A stretch of 64,000 bases of DNA from an uncultured Chloroflexia bacterium (lineage in GTDB: Bacteria; Chloroflexota; Limnocylindria; Limnocylindrales; CSP1-4), in NCBI GenBank assembly GCA_963748675.1, contig CAVVJX010000004.1, positions 77,767-141,766 of the forward strand, read 5' to 3'. How positions within the stretch are numbered: the stretch's first letter is position 1; each line of letters starts with the position of its first letter. A program made the translations under genes and the position numbers. Positions 36,418 to 51,291 of this stretch are shown piece after piece. The notes under the pieces were generated by a model that was not told where the DNA came from, did no database searches, and saw only the letters and a list, made by a program, of their open reading frames with translations.

Positions 36418-38259
36418 ATGCTGGGTCGGACGGATTCGCGCACCCGCCTGCTGCTCCTGCTGGTCGTCTTCGTCGTGGCCTCGCTCGCGCTCGTGGGCCG
36501 CCTGGCCTACTGGCAGGTCCTGCGGGGCGAGCGACCTCGCGGCGAAGGCCGTCGCCCAGACGACGGTCCGCGCTCGAGAGCCCGACGCGACGCGGCGAGA
36601 TCTACGACCGGAGCGGCACGGTCGTGCTCGCGACGACCGTCGAGCGCGACCGGCTCGTGGCCGCCACCGACAAGCTGACCGAACGAGCAGCGTCGCGCGA
36701 CCGGGCGACGAGCTCGTCCGGATGCTCGCGCCTCGACGCCGAGCGCGCCGCGACGCCTGCGCGACCGAGCTCGCGAGCGGCAAGGCCTACGTCATCCTCG
36801 CGCGCGACATCGAGCCCGCGACGTCGGACGCGATCCGGGCCGCCAGCGCGGCCGCGCGGCGCTCACCGGGATCACGCTCGAGCCGGAGCCGGTGCGCGTC
36901 TACCCGCAGGCGGGCGGCGGCCCGGACTCGACGCTGGCCGCCCACCTGCTCGGGTTCGTCAACCGCGACGGCGACGGCCAGTACGGCGTCGAGCAGTTCT
37001 ACCAGGACGCTCTCGGCGGCACGCCGCGCGTCGTCGTCGCCGAGCGCGACGCCAACGGCCGGACCCTGCTCGACCAGGCTCGGGTCGAGGATCCGGGCGT
37101 GCCCGGGCAGGACCTCCGCCTGACCATCGACGCCGGCCTGCAGCTGGCGGTCGAGCAGGAGCTCCTCGCCGCCTGGATCGCCGACAAGGCCAAGAGCGTG
37201 TCGGCGGTCGTGATGGATCCGTACACCGGCGAGATCTACGCCGAGGCGACCGTACCCGTCGTACGACGCGAACGAGTACCGCGCGATCGCCGGCACAGCG
37301 ACCCGAGCGGTTCATCGACCCGATCGTGTCGAACGTCTACGAGCCCGGCTCGGTGTTCAAGATGATGACCGCGACCGCGGCCCTCGAGACCGGCACCGTC
37401 ACCCTCTCGACCGCGGATCAAGGACGTCGGCACGCTGCGGCTCGACAAGGGCCGGACCAAGGTCGACGACGCCGACCGCAAGGGCATGGGCTGGATGTCG
37501 TTCGAGGACGCCATCGCCTACTCGCGCAACGTCGTCGCGGCCAAGGTCGCCCTGAGTCTCGGCACGACGACCCGCAAGTCGTCCGCGATCCTGTACGACA
37601 CGTGGCTCAAGCTCGGCTTCGGGGCGCCGACCGGCATCGACGTCGCCGGCGAGGTCGCCGGGCCTCGTCCGCGACCCGGCGCTCAAGCCGTGGCGCCAGA
37701 TCGATCTCGCCAACGGCGCGTTCGGGCAGGGCGTCGCGGTCACCCCGATCCAGCTCGCGACCGCGTACGCGGCGCTGATGAACGGCGGCACGCTCGATCC
37801 GCCCGCACGTCGTCAAGGCGGTCGGCACGCACGAGATCGAGCCGGAGCCAGGCACCCGGGTCATCGACCTGGCCCGCTCGCGGCAGCTGATCGGGCTCAT
37901 GAACCACGTCGTCACGGAGGTGCCCTTCTACCACGACCGGACGCTCGTCCCGGGCTACGAGGTCGGCGGCAAGACCGGCACGGCCCAGATCTGGGACTCC
38001 AGGCGCGCGGCGGCCGAGGCGGCTGGAAGGTCAACCTCTTCAACTACTCGTTCGTCGGCTACATCGCCCGCGAGAAGCGCGGCCGGACCTCGTCGTCGCG
38101 ATCCGGATCGAGGAGGGCACGCCGACCGTCGCACGGGTCGGCCAGCTGGAGATGCCGGTGATGTCGTTCGAGCTCTTCCGGCGCATCGCCACCGACGCGA
38201 TCACGACGCCCGACCTGCTGACCGGCCGACCGGCATCGCCCCTGCCCGGCGACCGGTGA
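36418..38259 (+). CDS. ftsI: Penicillin-binding protein / peptidoglycan D,D-transpeptidase FtsI
   Basis: N-terminal TM segment, then SxxK (PGSVFKMMT), SxN (YSRNV) and KTGTAQ. At least 8 frame breaks. Confidence 0.9.
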
Positions 38260-38261
38260 CG

Positions 38262-39737
38262 GTGGCCCATGCGAGACTCGTCGCCGTGACCGACGTCGAT
38301 CCGTCGCACGCGTCGGGCGTGCTGCCGGGCCCCTCGTCGGCGCCGGCCCTCACCGCCGACGACCTCGTCCGGCTGACCGGCGGCCGACTGCTGGCCCGCT
38401 CGGCCCGCCCGATCCGCGGCGGTGCGGTCGACTCCCGCGAGGTCGGGCCCGACAGCCTGTTCGTCGCCCTGCCCGGCGAGCGGACCGACGGCCACGCCTA
38501 CCTCGCCGACGCCGTGTCCGCCGGCGCCGCCGCCCTGCTCGTGACGCGGCCGCCGGCCGATCCCGCGGCCCTGGGCGACGTGACGATCGTCCGGGTGGCG
38601 GACGGACTCGCGGCCCTGGGCGCCGTCGCGGCGGGCTGGCGACGACGGTTCGACCCGCTCGTCGTCGGGGTCACCGGCAGCATCGCCAAGACCTCGACCA
38701 AGGAGGCGGTCGCCGCGGTCCTCGGGCAGCGCTTCCGGACGCTGCAGAGCGAGGGCAACCAGAACAACGAGATCGGCCTGCCGCTGACCGTGCTTCGCCT
38801 CGGGCCGGAGCACGAGGCGGCCGTCCTCGAGATGGGGATGTACGTCGGCGGCGAGATCGCCGACCTGGCGCGGATCGCCCGGCCGTCGATCGGGGTCGTC
38901 ACCGCGGTCCAGGCCGTCCACCTGTCGCGGATCGGGTCGCTCGACGCGATCGAGGCCGCCAAGGGCGAGCTGCTCGAGGCACTGCCGCCCGGCGGGACGG
39001 CCATCCTCAACGCCGACGATCCGATCGTCCGGGCGATGGGCCCGCGGACGGTCGCGCGGGTCGTGACCTACGGCTTCGCCGAGGACGCCGACGTCGGCGC
39101 CGAGGCCGTCCAGTCGCGCGGGCCTCGACGGGATGCGCTTCGCGCTGCGGGCACCGGCGATCGCCGGCCCGTGACGATCCCGACCCTCGGCCGCCTGTCG
39201 GTCCACAACGCGCTCGCCGCCGCGGCCGTCGGGCTCGCGGCCGGCATGACCCTCGACGAGATCGTCGCCGGGCTCGCCGCCGGCTGGTCCGCGCCGCATC
39301 GGGTCGGGCTGGTCCGTCTCGGCGCCGTGACGATCATCGACGACAGCTACAACGCCTCACCCGGCTCGATGGTCGCGGCGCTCGACCTGCTGCGCGGACT
39401 GCCCGGCCGCCACGTCGCGGTCCTCGGCGAGATGCTCGAGCTCGGCGACGCCCACGACGACGGCCACCACGCGGTCGGGGAGGCCGCGGGCCACGCCGCG
39501 GACCTCCTCATCGTCGTCGGCGCGGGCGCGAGCGGCATCGCCGAGGGCGCCCGGGACGCCGGCCTCGCGACGGGCCGGGTCATCCACGTCGCGCGACGCC
39601 GCGGCGGCACTCGACGCGCTTCGCCCGCGCCTGCGCGACGGCGACGTCGTCCTGGTCAAGGCGTCGCGGGGGATCGGCCTCGACGCGCTCGTCGACGCGC
39701 TGCGCGCGCGAGCGCGGCGGAGCGGCCTGCGCGATGA
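38262..39737 (+). CDS. murF: UDP-N-acetylmuramoyl-tripeptide--D-alanyl-D-alanine ligase MurF
   Basis: [47 protein letters not shown], and [15 protein letters not shown] are MurF-type rather than MurE-type motifs. Compensating indels lie around 39111-39175 and in the last 150 nt. The start is uncertain. Confidence 0.85.
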   Translation: MAHARLVAVTDVDPSHASGVLPGPSSAPALTADDLVRLTGGRLLARSARPIRGGAVDSREVGPDSLFVALPGERTDGHAYLADAVSAGAAALLVTRPPADPAALGDVTIVRVADGLAALGAVAAGWRRRFDPLVVGVTGSIAKTSTKEAVAAVLGQRFRTLQSEGNQNNEIGLPLTVLRLGPEHEAAVLEMGMYVGGEIADLARIARPSIGVVTAVQAVHLSRIGSLDAIEAAKGELLEALPPGGTAILNADDPIVRAMGPRTVARVVTYGFAEDADVGAEAVQSRGPRRDALRAAGTGDRRPVTIPTLGRLSVHNALAAAAVGLAAGMTLDEIVAGLAAGWSAPHRVGLVRLGAVTIIDDSYNASPGSMVAALDLLRGLPGRHVAVLGEMLELGDAHDDGHHAVGEAAGHAADLLIVVGAGASGIAEGARDAGLATGRVIHVARRRGGTRRASPAPARRRRRPGQGVAGDRPRRARRRAARASAAERPAR

Positions 39738-40721
39738 CCGTCGAGCTCATCCAGGGCCTGCTGCTCGCGTTCGCGCTCGTCGTGATCCTGATGCCGCCGT
39801 ACATCCGGCTCCTCCGGCCACCGGGTTCGGCAAGCGGATCCGCGACGAGGGCCCGGAGAGCCACTACATCAAGGAAGGCACGCCCGACGATGGGCGGCCT
39901 CCTCATCGTCGTCGTCGTCCTCGGCGATCTACTTCCTCCTGCAAGCGCGAGCCCGACGCCTCGACGTTCGCGCCGCTCGCGACGCTCGCCCTCGTCGGCC
40001 TCCTGGGCGCCTTCGACGACTACCTCAACGCCCGGACCGGCGAGGGGATCCGCGCCCGCCAGAAGCTGATCTGGCTGACCGTCGTCGCGTTCGTCGCCGC
40101 CTGGCAGATCCAGCAGACGTACGACATCACGGCCATCGCGGTGCCGTTCGTCGGCGCCGGTCCCGATCGACCCGTGGCTCTACATCCTGTTCGCGGCGTT
40201 CGCGATCGTCGCCACGACCAACGGCGTCAACATCACCGACGGCCTCGACGGCCTCTCCGGCGGCACGCTCGCCTTCGCGTTCGTCGCGTTCATGATCATC
40301 GCGCTGCTCAACGTCGCCGAGCCCAGCCGAACCTCGCGCTCCTGTGCGCGCTCATCATCGGCGCGCTGCTCGGCTTCCTGTGGTTCAACGTCCACCCGGC
40401 GCAGATCTTCATCGGCGACTCCGGGGCGCTCTCCCTCGGGGCGACGCTGGCGGTCACCGCGCTCATCACCGGCCAGATCCTCGTGCTGCCGCTGATCGGC
40501 ATCATCTTCGTGGTCGAGACCGCGTCGGTGATCATCCAGGTCGGCTACTTCAAGCTCAGCGGCGGCAAGCGCCTCTTCCGGATGAGCGCCGCTCCACCAC
40601 CACTTCGAGCTGGGCGGCTGGGACGAGGAGAAGATCACGCTCCGCTTCTGGATCGTCGGGATCCTCGCCGGCGCTCCTCGGCGTGACCCTGTTCCTCGCC
40701 TCGCTGAGCCGGCTCGAGTGA
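39734..40721 (+). CDS. mraY: Phospho-N-acetylmuramoyl-pentapeptide transferase MraY
   Basis: ...GTPTMGGLL..., [32 protein letters not shown], and [12 protein letters not shown]. At least 5 frame breaks. ATGA overlap with murF. Confidence 0.9.
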
Positions 40722-42314
40722 TGACGATGACGGCCACCGCGCCGCTCGATCCCGATGCGCTCACGCTCGACGGCGATCCGCGCCGGCGCCCTCCGCGACC
40801 GGCCGGTGACCGTGCTCGGGCTCGCCCGGAGCGGCATCGCGCTGGCGCGCTTCCTCGCCGACGCGGGCGCGCGCGTGACCGTCTACGACGGCCGCCCGGC
40901 GCGAGGCGCTCGGCGGCGCCGATCGCCGCGCTCGACGGCCGGACCGGTCCGACTCGCTGCTCGGCCCGGACGTCGACCCGGCCCGGCGCTGGGCCGGCGC
41001 CGCGCTCGTGACGACGTCGCCCTCGATCAACCCGGACTACCCGACGACCGAGCCGCGGCTCCGCGGCGCCCTGCGGCGCTCGTCGACGCGCGCGCCGCCG
41101 GGGACCGCGGCGTCCCGGCCGTCGTCTCCGAGCCGGACCTGTTCCTGCGGCTCTGCCCGTCGCCGACGATCGGGGTCACCGGCACGAAGGGCAAGACGAC
41201 GACGGCCTCGCTCACCGCCGCGATCCTCGCGGCCGACCCGGCGCCACCCGGTCGTCCTCGGCGGCAACATCGGCATGCCGCTCGTCGAGCGGCTGCCCGA
41301 GCTGACGCCGGACCACCGCGTCGTCGTCGAGCTGTCGGAGCTCCAGCTGCCGACGCTGTCGCGCGGCACGACGGTCGCCGTCTACACGAACGTCACCTCG
41401 GACCACCTCGACCGCCACGGCTCCCTCGAGGCCTATCGGGCCGTCAAGCGCCGGCTGGCCGAGCTGGTCGACCCGGACGGCGCGCTCGTGCTCAACCTCG
41501 AGGACCCGGTCGTCGCCGGCTACGCCGACGCTCGGCCGCGCGCCGGTCGTGCGCTACCGGCGCGACCGCGCCGCCGCCGGGCGGCGTCGGCGTCGTCGAC
41601 GGCTGGATCGTCGCGGACGACGTTCGAGCCGCTCGCCGATCGGCCGGCGGCGGGCCGTCGCGACGGCGGCCCCGGCGGCCGGATCATGCCGGTCGACGAG
41701 CTCTCGGCTCCCGGGCGCCCACAACGTCTCCAACGCCCTCGCCGCGGTCGCCGTCGGGCTGCTGTTCGGCATCGCGCCGGACGCGATCCGCGCGGCCGCG
41801 GCGGCGTTCACGCGGCGTCGAGCACCGGCTCGAGCCGGTCGCGCTCGATCGACGGCGTCCGCTTCGTCAACGACTCGCAGGGCACGCAGCCCGACGCGGT
41901 CATCGCGGCGCTGCGCGCGTTCGACGGCGCCGGTCGTGCTGATCGCCGGCGGCCGCGACAAGGACGTCGACCTCTCGAGCCTCGCGCCGGTCGTCGCCGA
42001 GCGTGCCGTCGCGGCCGTGCTGATCGGCGAGAGCGGCCCGGACGCTCGAGGCGCTGTTCCGCGACGGCCGGCCTGGCCCGGACCGAGCGCGCCGCGACGC
42101 TCGAGGACGCCGTGCGGATCGCCGACGCCATCGCGCGCGAGGCGCTGATCGCCGCACGGCGGACGGCGCCGCGGCCGCGGACCGCGACCGTGCTGCTCAG
42201 CCCGGCCGCCGCGAGCTTCGACATGTTCGTCGACTACGCCGCCCGCGGCGCGCGCCTTCAAGGCCGCGGTCGCGCGAGCTGGCGGCCGCGCGGGCCAGGG
42301 GAGGCGACCGATGA
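40721..42314 (+). CDS. murD: UDP-N-acetylmuramoylalanine--D-glutamate ligase MurD
   Basis: [43 protein letters not shown], and [12 protein letters not shown]. At least 8 frame breaks. Confidence 0.9.
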
Positions 42315-43569
42315 ACCTCGCACCGCCGCTCCCGCGGTTCGGCCGGCCGGCGCGCGACGCCGGTCCGATCGAGGAGGAGGCCGCCGGACGTCCAACCGCA
42401 CGCCCGTCAAGGCCAAGGCCGCACGGTCCTGCAGCGCGAGCGCCACGAGCCCGACTACGTGATCCTCGTCGTCGTCGTCGCGCTCGCCGCGATCGGCATC
42501 CTGATGGTCTACTCGTCGTCGGCCATCCGCGGCTACCTCGCCAGCGGACGACCCGTTCGCGACCGTCGGGCCGCAGATCCAGTGGGCGGTCCTGGGCATC
42601 GTCGCGATGGTCGCGATGATGCGCGTCGACTACCGCTACCTGCGCCTCGTCTCGGTGCCCGTTCTTCGTCGTCGCGCTCGTCCTGCTCGTCCTCGTCTTC
42701 ATCCCGCGAGCTCAACATCGTCGTCGGCGGCTCGGCGCGCTGGCTCCGGCTCGGGCCCGCTGCCCGCGATCCACCCCGCCGAGTTCGCCAAGCTCGCGCT
42801 CGTCGTCTACCTCGCCCACTGGTTCGCCAAGCGCGGGACCCGGGTCCGCGCGCTTCTGGGGCGGGACCGTGCCGTTCCTCGATCATCGTCGGTCCCGGTC
42901 ATCGCGCTCGTGCTTCACGGAGCCGGACCTCGGCACGACGGGCGTCATCGCCTTGACCGCGTTCACGATGTTCTTCGTCGCCGGCGCCAACCTCGTGCAC
43001 CTCGCGGCCCTCGTCGCCGGCGGCCGTTGCCCGCGGTGATCGTCGTCGGGCTCGCACGGCTACCAGATGGACCGCATCCGCGCCTGGCTCGACCCTGGTC
43101 GGACCCGCTCGGCGATCGGCTTCCACACGATCCAGGGCCTGCTCGCGCTCGGGCTCGGCGGCGTGCTCGGCAACGGGCCTCGGCGAGAGCCAGGCCGGCG
43201 GCTGCCTGCCCAACGCGTTCAACGACTTCGTCTTCGCCGAGATCGGCGCAGGAGTTCGGGCTCTCGGGGGCGCTCGTCGTGATCGCGCTGTTCCTCGCCC
43301 TCGCGTACTCCGGGCATCCGCGTCGCGCTCCGCGCCCCGGACACGTTCGGGGCGCTGCTCGCGCCGGGCATCACCGGCTGGCTCTGCATCCAGGCGTTCA
43401 TCAACATCGGGGTCGTCGTCGCGCTCTTCCCGATCACCGGCATCACGCTGCCGTTCGTCAGCGCCGGCGGCTCGTCGCTCATCATCAGCTTCGCGGCCGT
43501 CGGTATCCTGCTGTCGATCTCGCGCGAGACCGTCGAGAAGGGAACGTGGAACGACGATGCGATTGCTGA
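42311..43569 (+). CDS. ftsW: Peptidoglycan glycosyltransferase FtsW (SEDS family)
   Basis: ...ILMVYSSSA..., IHPAEFAKLALVVYLA, GLGESQ, NDFVFAEIGQEFG, and LFPITGITLPFVSAGGSSL. At least 8 frame breaks. The 3' end is uncertain. Confidence 0.85.
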
Positions 43570-44719
43570 TCGCCGGCGGGGGGACGGGCGGGCACATCTA
43601 CCCGGCTCTCGCCGTCGCCCAGTCACTCCGCGCGCGTCCGGACGCGCCTGAGCTCCGCTGGCTCGGCGGCCACCGCGGCCTCGAGGCCGCGATCGTGCCG
43701 CCGGCCGCGATCCCGCTGCGCCGCCTCGCGCCTGCGCTCGCTGCGGACCGCGACGCTCGACGTCCACGCCGTCCTCGACCCGATCCGCCTCGGCGTCTCG
43801 GTCCCGCAGGCGGGCGCGCTCCTGGCCGCCGGCGGCCGGCCGCGATCTTCACGACCGGCGGCTACGTCGCGATCCCGGTCCTGCTGGCGGCCGCCCCGCT
43901 GCGCATCCCGGTCGTGCTGTGGGACGGCAACGTCATCCCCGGCCGGACCGTCCGCGCGACGGCGCGCCTCGCCGACGTGCTCGCGGTGTCGTTCGCGGCC
44001 ACCTGCGAGACACTCGGCGGCGCCGCCCCGGGCGTGCCCTGCTTCGTCACCGGCACCCCGATCCGGGACACGCGCGCGATCGACCGCGAGGCGGCGCGGC
44101 AGCGCCTCGCGATCGGCCAGGGCGAGCGCGTGCTGCTCGTCTTCGGCGGCTCGCAGGCGGTCCGCCGCTTCAACGCGGCCGTCTCGGAGGCGCTCGCCGC
44201 GGCTCGTCGAGCGCGTCACCGTCATCCACGTGACCGGCGACGACGGCTACGCCGCCGCCCTCACCGACCGCGAGGCGCTGCCGGCGGACCTGCGCGCCCG
44301 CTACCGGCCCGTTCCCGTTCCTGCGCGACGAGATGCTGCCGGCCCTCGCCGCCGCCGACCTGGTGGTCGGCCGGGCCGGCTCGTCGACGCTGGCCGAGGT
44401 GACCGCCCTGGGCCTGCCGATGGTCGTCGTCCCGTACCCGCACGCCGCCGGCCACCAGCGGGCCAACGCCCGGGCGCTGGTCGAGGCCGGGGCGGCGCGC
44501 CTCGTCGACGACGAGGCGTTCGACGCGGCGGCCCTGCTCGACGCGGCGGCGCTGCTCGACGACCCGGCCGCCCACGTGGCGATGTCGGCGGCCGCCCGCG
44601 CCCTCGGTCGCCCGGCCGCGGCGGACGCCGTCGCGGACCTCGTGCTGGCGGCCGCCGAGCGCCGGCCCCTGCCGGACCCGGCCGCGATCGACCGCCGCTC
44701 GCGGGGAGCGGCCGCGTGA
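43557..44719 (+). CDS. murG: UDP-GlcNAc--lipid I transferase MurG
   Basis: MRLLIAGGGTGGHIYPALAVA..., VLLVFGGSQAV, and VVGRAGSSTLAEVTALGLPMVVVPYPHAAGHQRANA. Compensating indels at 43725-43845 plus others. Confidence 0.9.
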
Positions 44720-45673
44720 CCGCCGACGTTCGACGCCATCGCCGCTCGGCACCGACATCCAGCGCCGGATCGGCGTCAAGACCTCGCGCGACGAGCCGCT
44801 CGCCCGGTTCACGACGATGCGCGTCGGCGGCCCGGCCGACCTGTTCGCCGACGGTCCACAACGCCTTCGAGCTGCGGGCGCTCGTCCGCTTCGCGCGCTC
44901 GCGCGGGCATCCCGCACCTCGTCCTCGGCCGGGGGAGCGACGTCGTCATCAGCGACGCCGGCATCCGCGGCCTCGTCATCCAGGACCGCGCCGAGGGCTC
45001 GCAGGGTCGACGGCGAGCGCTACATCGCCGACGCCGGCGTGCCGATGGCCCGGGCGGCGACCGAGACGCAGCGGGCCGGCCTGACCGGCCTCGAGTTCGG
45101 GCTCGCCGATCCCGGGCACGGTCGGCGGTGCCGTGTGGGCCAACGCCGGCGCCCACGAGTCGGATGTCGCCGCGGTCCTCGAGTCCGCGCGCGTCCTCGA
45201 CGCGGCCGGGACCGAGACGGTCGTGCCGGCCGCGGAGCTCGCGCTCGCCTACCGCGACAGCCGGTTCAAGCACGCCGAGCCGGGTCAGCCCCGCGAGCTC
45301 ATCGTCGACGCGACCTTCCGGCTCGCGCCCGCCGACCCCGACGACGATCAAGGGCCGCCTCGACGAGATCCGCCGCTGGCGCCAGGCGCACCAGCCGCTC
45401 GGCATGCCGTCGGCCGGCAGCGTCTTCCGCAACCCGCCGGGCGACTCGGCCGGGCGGCTGATCGAGGCCGCCGGGCTCAAGGGCCGCCGGATCGGCGGGG
45501 CCGTGGTGTCCGAGAAGCACGCCAACTTCATCGTCAACGACCAGAAGGGGACCGCGACGGACGTGCGCCGCCTGGTGGAGCCCGTCCGGGCCGAGGTCGC
45601 GCGAGCAGCACGGCATCGAGCTCGCCTTCGAGATCGAGTTCGTCGGCGACTGGTCCGGCTGGGAGGCGGGCGC

Positions 45674-45677
<4 letters not shown>
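44716..45677 (+). CDS. murB: UDP-N-acetylenolpyruvoylglucosamine reductase MurB
   Basis: [56 protein letters not shown], and [11 protein letters not shown]. At least 5 frame breaks. GTGA overlap with murG. Confidence 0.9.
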
Positions 45678-47702
<2,025 letters not shown>

Positions 47703-47799
47703 GCGGGCGGACGGCCGTCGCCGTGCGGCCGCAAGTTGCCGCGCCCGCTGGCGGTCGGGTAGCCTTGCCGAAACCCACCGGAGCGAGGACGACATCGGC

Positions 47800-48123
47800 G
47801 TGCTGCTCCCCCTGCTCGGGCTCCTCGTGGGCGTCCTGGCGGGTCTCGTCCTCAACGTCAACGTCAGCTTCGAGCTCAGTCGCTACTCGGCGGTGGCGAT
47901 CCTCGCGGCACTGGACTCCGTCCTCGGGGCGGTCCGTGCAGAGCTCGACGGGGTCTACGACAATCGGATCTTCATCAGCGGGTTCCTGGTCAACGCGATC
48001 ATCGCCGTGCTCCTGACGTTCATCGGCGACCGGCTCGGCCTGGACCTGTACCTCGTGGCGCTCATCACCTTCGGTCTGCGCATCTTCAACAACGTGGCCC
48101 TCATCCGGCGCCACTTCCTCTAG
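47800..48123 (+). CDS. Small basic membrane protein, DUF1290 (Sbp-like)
   Basis: Intact frame: (GTG)LLPLLGLLVGVLAGLVLNVNVSFELSRYSAVAILAALDSVLGAVRAELDGVYDNRIFISGFLVNAI.... It lies directly upstream of ftsA, as in Firmicutes. Confidence 0.75.
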   Translation: MLLPLLGLLVGVLAGLVLNVNVSFELSRYSAVAILAALDSVLGAVRAELDGVYDNRIFISGFLVNAIIAVLLTFIGDRLGLDLYLVALITFGLRIFNNVALIRRHFL

Positions 48124-48162
48124 ATCGACCAGGCGAAGCACGGGACGGGAGACAGGAACGAC

Positions 48163-49413
48163 ATGGTGGAACGCGAAGCGGTCCTCGTCGGCATCGACGT
48201 CGGCACGAGCAAGGTCTGCGCGCTCATCGGCGAGGTGAGCCGCGACGGCCGGCTGACGATCATGGGCCACGGGACCGTGCCCGCGTCCGGCCTGAAGAAG
48301 GGCGTCGTCATCAACATCGACCAGACGGTCCGCTCGATCGCGGACGCCGTCGAGCGAGCCGAGCGGCTGTCCGGCTGGAAGATCGACCGGGCGTTCGTCG
48401 GCGTCGGCGGCCAGCACGTCGAGAGCCTCAACTCGCCCGGCCAGGTCGCGGTCACCGCCCATCACCGCGAGGTCACCCGCGAGGACATCAACCGCGCGAT
48501 CGAGGTCGCCCGGGCGGTCTCGATCCCGTCGAACCGCGAGGTCCTCCACGTCGAGCGGCGCGGCTTCACGGTCGACGGCCAGGAGGGCGTCAAGGACCCG
48601 CTCGGGATGAGCGCCCTGCGCCTCGAGGTCGAGACCCACATCGTCACGGCGTCGGCGACCGCGGTCCAGAACCTGACCAAGTGCGTCGCCGCGGCCGGCG
48701 TCAAGATCGACGAGCTCGTCGCCGACTCGCTCGCCTCCGCGGAGGCGGTCCTGTCCGAGACCGAGAAGGAGCTGGGCGTCGCGGTCGCCGACATCGGCGC
48801 GGGCACGATCGACCTGGCGCTGTTCCAGGACGGCTCGCCGTTCCACACCGCGCGTCCTGCCGGTCGGCGGCAACAACGTGACCAACGACGTCGCGATCGG
48901 CCTCAAGACGAGCCTGCAGGTCGCCGAGGAGCTGAAGATCCGCCACGGCACCGCGCGACCTGCGGGCGGTCGAGGAGGACGACGACGAGGAGATCAGCGT
49001 CGTCGGTCCTCGGCGAGGACGCCGGACGGACGGTGAGCCGGCTCGAGGTCTGCCAGATCATCGAGGCCCGCATGCGCGAGACCTTCGAGCTGATGCGCCA
49101 ACGAGATCGCGCGCCGCCGGCGTCGGCATGCTGCCGGCCGGGCATCATCCTGACCGGTGGGGCCGCGCAGCTCGCCGGGCGTCGCCGAGCTCGGGCCGGA
49201 GCGTCCTCCAGATGCCGGTCCGGGTCGCCGCGCCCGTCGGGCATCGGCGGGCTCGTCGACACGCTCCTCAACCCGTCCTACAGCACGGCCGTCGGGCTGC
49301 TCCAGTGGGGCGCGATCAGCCTCTCGTCGGGCGAGCCGATGCGCTACGAGTCGGCGCCGGCGGCGGCGGGCATCGGGCGCATCCGCGACGCGCTCCGGAG
49401 CATCTTCCCGTAA
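48163..49413 (+). CDS. ftsA: Cell division protein FtsA
   Basis: [16 protein letters not shown]..., [14 protein letters not shown], and [11 protein letters not shown]. The single ORF hides several compensating indels between about 48845 and 49245, where the translation is scrambled. Confidence 0.9.
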   Translation: MVEREAVLVGIDVGTSKVCALIGEVSRDGRLTIMGHGTVPASGLKKGVVINIDQTVRSIADAVERAERLSGWKIDRAFVGVGGQHVESLNSPGQVAVTAHHREVTREDINRAIEVARAVSIPSNREVLHVERRGFTVDGQEGVKDPLGMSALRLEVETHIVTASATAVQNLTKCVAAAGVKIDELVADSLASAEAVLSETEKELGVAVADIGAGTIDLALFQDGSPFHTARPAGRRQQRDQRRRDRPQDEPAGRRGAEDPPRHRATCGRSRRTTTRRSASSVLGEDAGRTVSRLEVCQIIEARMRETFELMRQRDRAPPASACCRPGIILTGGAAQLAGRRRARAGASSRCRSGSPRPSGIGGLVDTLLNPSYSTAVGLLQWGAISLSSGEPMRYESAPAAAGIGRIRDALRSIFP

Positions 49414-49415
49414 GG

Positions 49416-49827
49416 ACGACCGAGCTCACCGTCCGGACCGGGACCGACCCGCGGCTGGCGAACCTGACCGACGCCTGCGCCGCGTTCGTCGCCGACGAGG
49501 CCGACGGCCTGCTGTCGATCTTCGTGCCCCACGCGACGGCCGGGCTGGTGATCGTGGAGATCGGGGCCGGCTCGGACGACGACCTGCTGGCCGCCCTCGA
49601 CCGGCTCCTGCCGCACGACGAGCGGCTGTACCGCCACCGCCACGGGTCGCCCGGCCACGGCGCCGATCACGTGCTGCCGCTGCTCGCCTCGCCGTCGCTG
49701 ACGGTCCCGGTCGTCGACGGGCGGCTGGCCCTCGGGACGTGGCAGTCGATCTGCCTGCTCGACCCCAACGCGCGACAACCCGGTCCGGACGGTCCGCCTG
49801 TCGTTCCTCCCGGCCGGCACCGCCTGA
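49416..49827 (+). CDS. YjbQ/UPF0047 family protein (secondary thiamine-phosphate synthase-like)
   Basis: ...LLSIFVPHATAGLVIVE..., YRHRHGSPGHGADHVLPLL, and LALGTWQSICLLDPN. One frame break near 49770. There is no canonical start codon; ACG 49416 sits where ATG is expected. Confidence 0.7.
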
Positions 49828-49935
49828 GGGAACCGGCCGGACGGCGCGGACAGCCGGTGCCACGGGGCAACGGAGGTCGCGCGCGGTGCTCGTCCGAGCG
49901 TATCCGGGGCTTGTGGGGTCCGGGCGGTCGAGCGC

Positions 49936-49941
49936 TATACT
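49936..49941 (+). promoter_or_regulatory. -10-like TATACT upstream of ftsZ
   Basis: This is the only good -10-like hexamer in the 234-bp yjbQ-ftsZ spacer. A TTGTGG lies 19 nt upstream, which is poor spacing. Confidence 0.3.
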
Positions 49942-50061
49942 CCGTGCCTGTTCGCGGCCGGCTCGCCCCAGGGCCCCCGCGATGGACCGTCGACTTCGCC
50001 GTACCGTACCGATCCCTCGACATCGCGCCCCGACCACCAAGGGTCACTGGAGGAGATCCCG

Positions 50062-51284
50062 ATGACGTTGCGTTCCGACTCCGAGAACTTCGCGCTGATC
50101 CGCGTCATCGGGGTCGGTGGCGGCGGCAGCAACGCCGTCAACCGGATGATCCGGGCCGAGATGATGGGCGTCGAGTTCATCGCCTGCAACACGGATTCGC
50201 AGGCGCTCCTCCAGTCCGACGCGCCGCACAAGATCCGGATCGGCGACAAGGTCACGCGCGGCCTCGGGGCCGGCGGCGACTCGACGATCGGCCAGCGCTC
50301 GGCCGAGGAGGACTCGGAGAAGATCGCCGAGGCGCTCGCGGACTCGGACATGGTCTTCATCACCGCCGGGCTCGGTGGCGGCACCGGGTCGGGCGCGGCC
50401 CCGGTCGTCGCCCAGATCGCCAAGGAGGGCGGGCGCGCTCACGATCGGCGTCGTGACCAAGCCGTTCGCGTTCGAGGGCAACAAGCGCAAGCTCGTCGCG
50501 GAGAAGGCGGCCGAGGAGCTCAAGGCCCAGGTCGACACGCTCATCACGATCCCCAACGACCGGCTCCGGGACGTCGTCCAGAAGAACACGAGCATCCTCG
50601 ACGCCTTCCGGGTCGTCGACGACGTCCTGCGCCAGGGCGTCCAGGGCATCAGCGACATCATCACGGTGCCCGGGCTGATCAACCAGGACTTCGCGGACGT
50701 CCGGGCGATCATGAAGGACGCCGGCTCCGCCCTGATGGGCATCGGCCGGGCGACCGGCGAGAACCGCGCGGTCGAGGCGGCCCGCGAGGCGATCGCCAGC
50801 CCGCTCCTCGAGGTCGACATCAACGGCGCCCAGGGGATCCTCTGGAACATCACCGGGTCCTCGACGCTCTCGCTGTTCGAGGTCCAGGAGGCCGCCGAGG
50901 CGATCAAGGAAGCGGCCGACCCCGAGGCCAACATCATCTTCGGCACGAGCTTCAACGAGCGGCTCGGCGACGAGGTCATGGTCACGGTCATCGCGACCGG
51001 CTTCGACGGCGGCCGCAAGCGCCACAAGGCCGACCGCGAGGCGACCGGGGTCATGGACACCGTCGGCCATGGGCCGCGCACCGCGCGAGCGGGACTTCCT
51101 CGAGGAGCTCCAGCGCCAGCGCGACGAGGTCATCCCCTCGGTCGATCGCAGCGACGACGTGGCCGCGCTGGTCGCCAGCGCGCCGCGGGTCGAGCGCTCG
51201 GTCGGGGAGCCGGCGCCGCCCAAGCGCGCGACGACGTACGACGCGGACGACCTGGAGATCCCCAGCTTCCTCCGCCGGAAGTGA
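50062..51284 (+). CDS. ftsZ: Cell division GTPase FtsZ
   Basis: [45 protein letters not shown], and the C-terminal peptide [12 protein letters not shown]. 2 frame breaks (about 50440 and 51065). Confidence 0.95.
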
Positions 51285-51291
51285 CCCGCCG

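Noticed and set aside
38262-39737. Calling the ligase after ftsI MurE because of its position.
   Set aside because: Its motifs ([30 protein letters not shown]) match MurF, and the MurE-specific DNPR-type C-terminal motif is absent.
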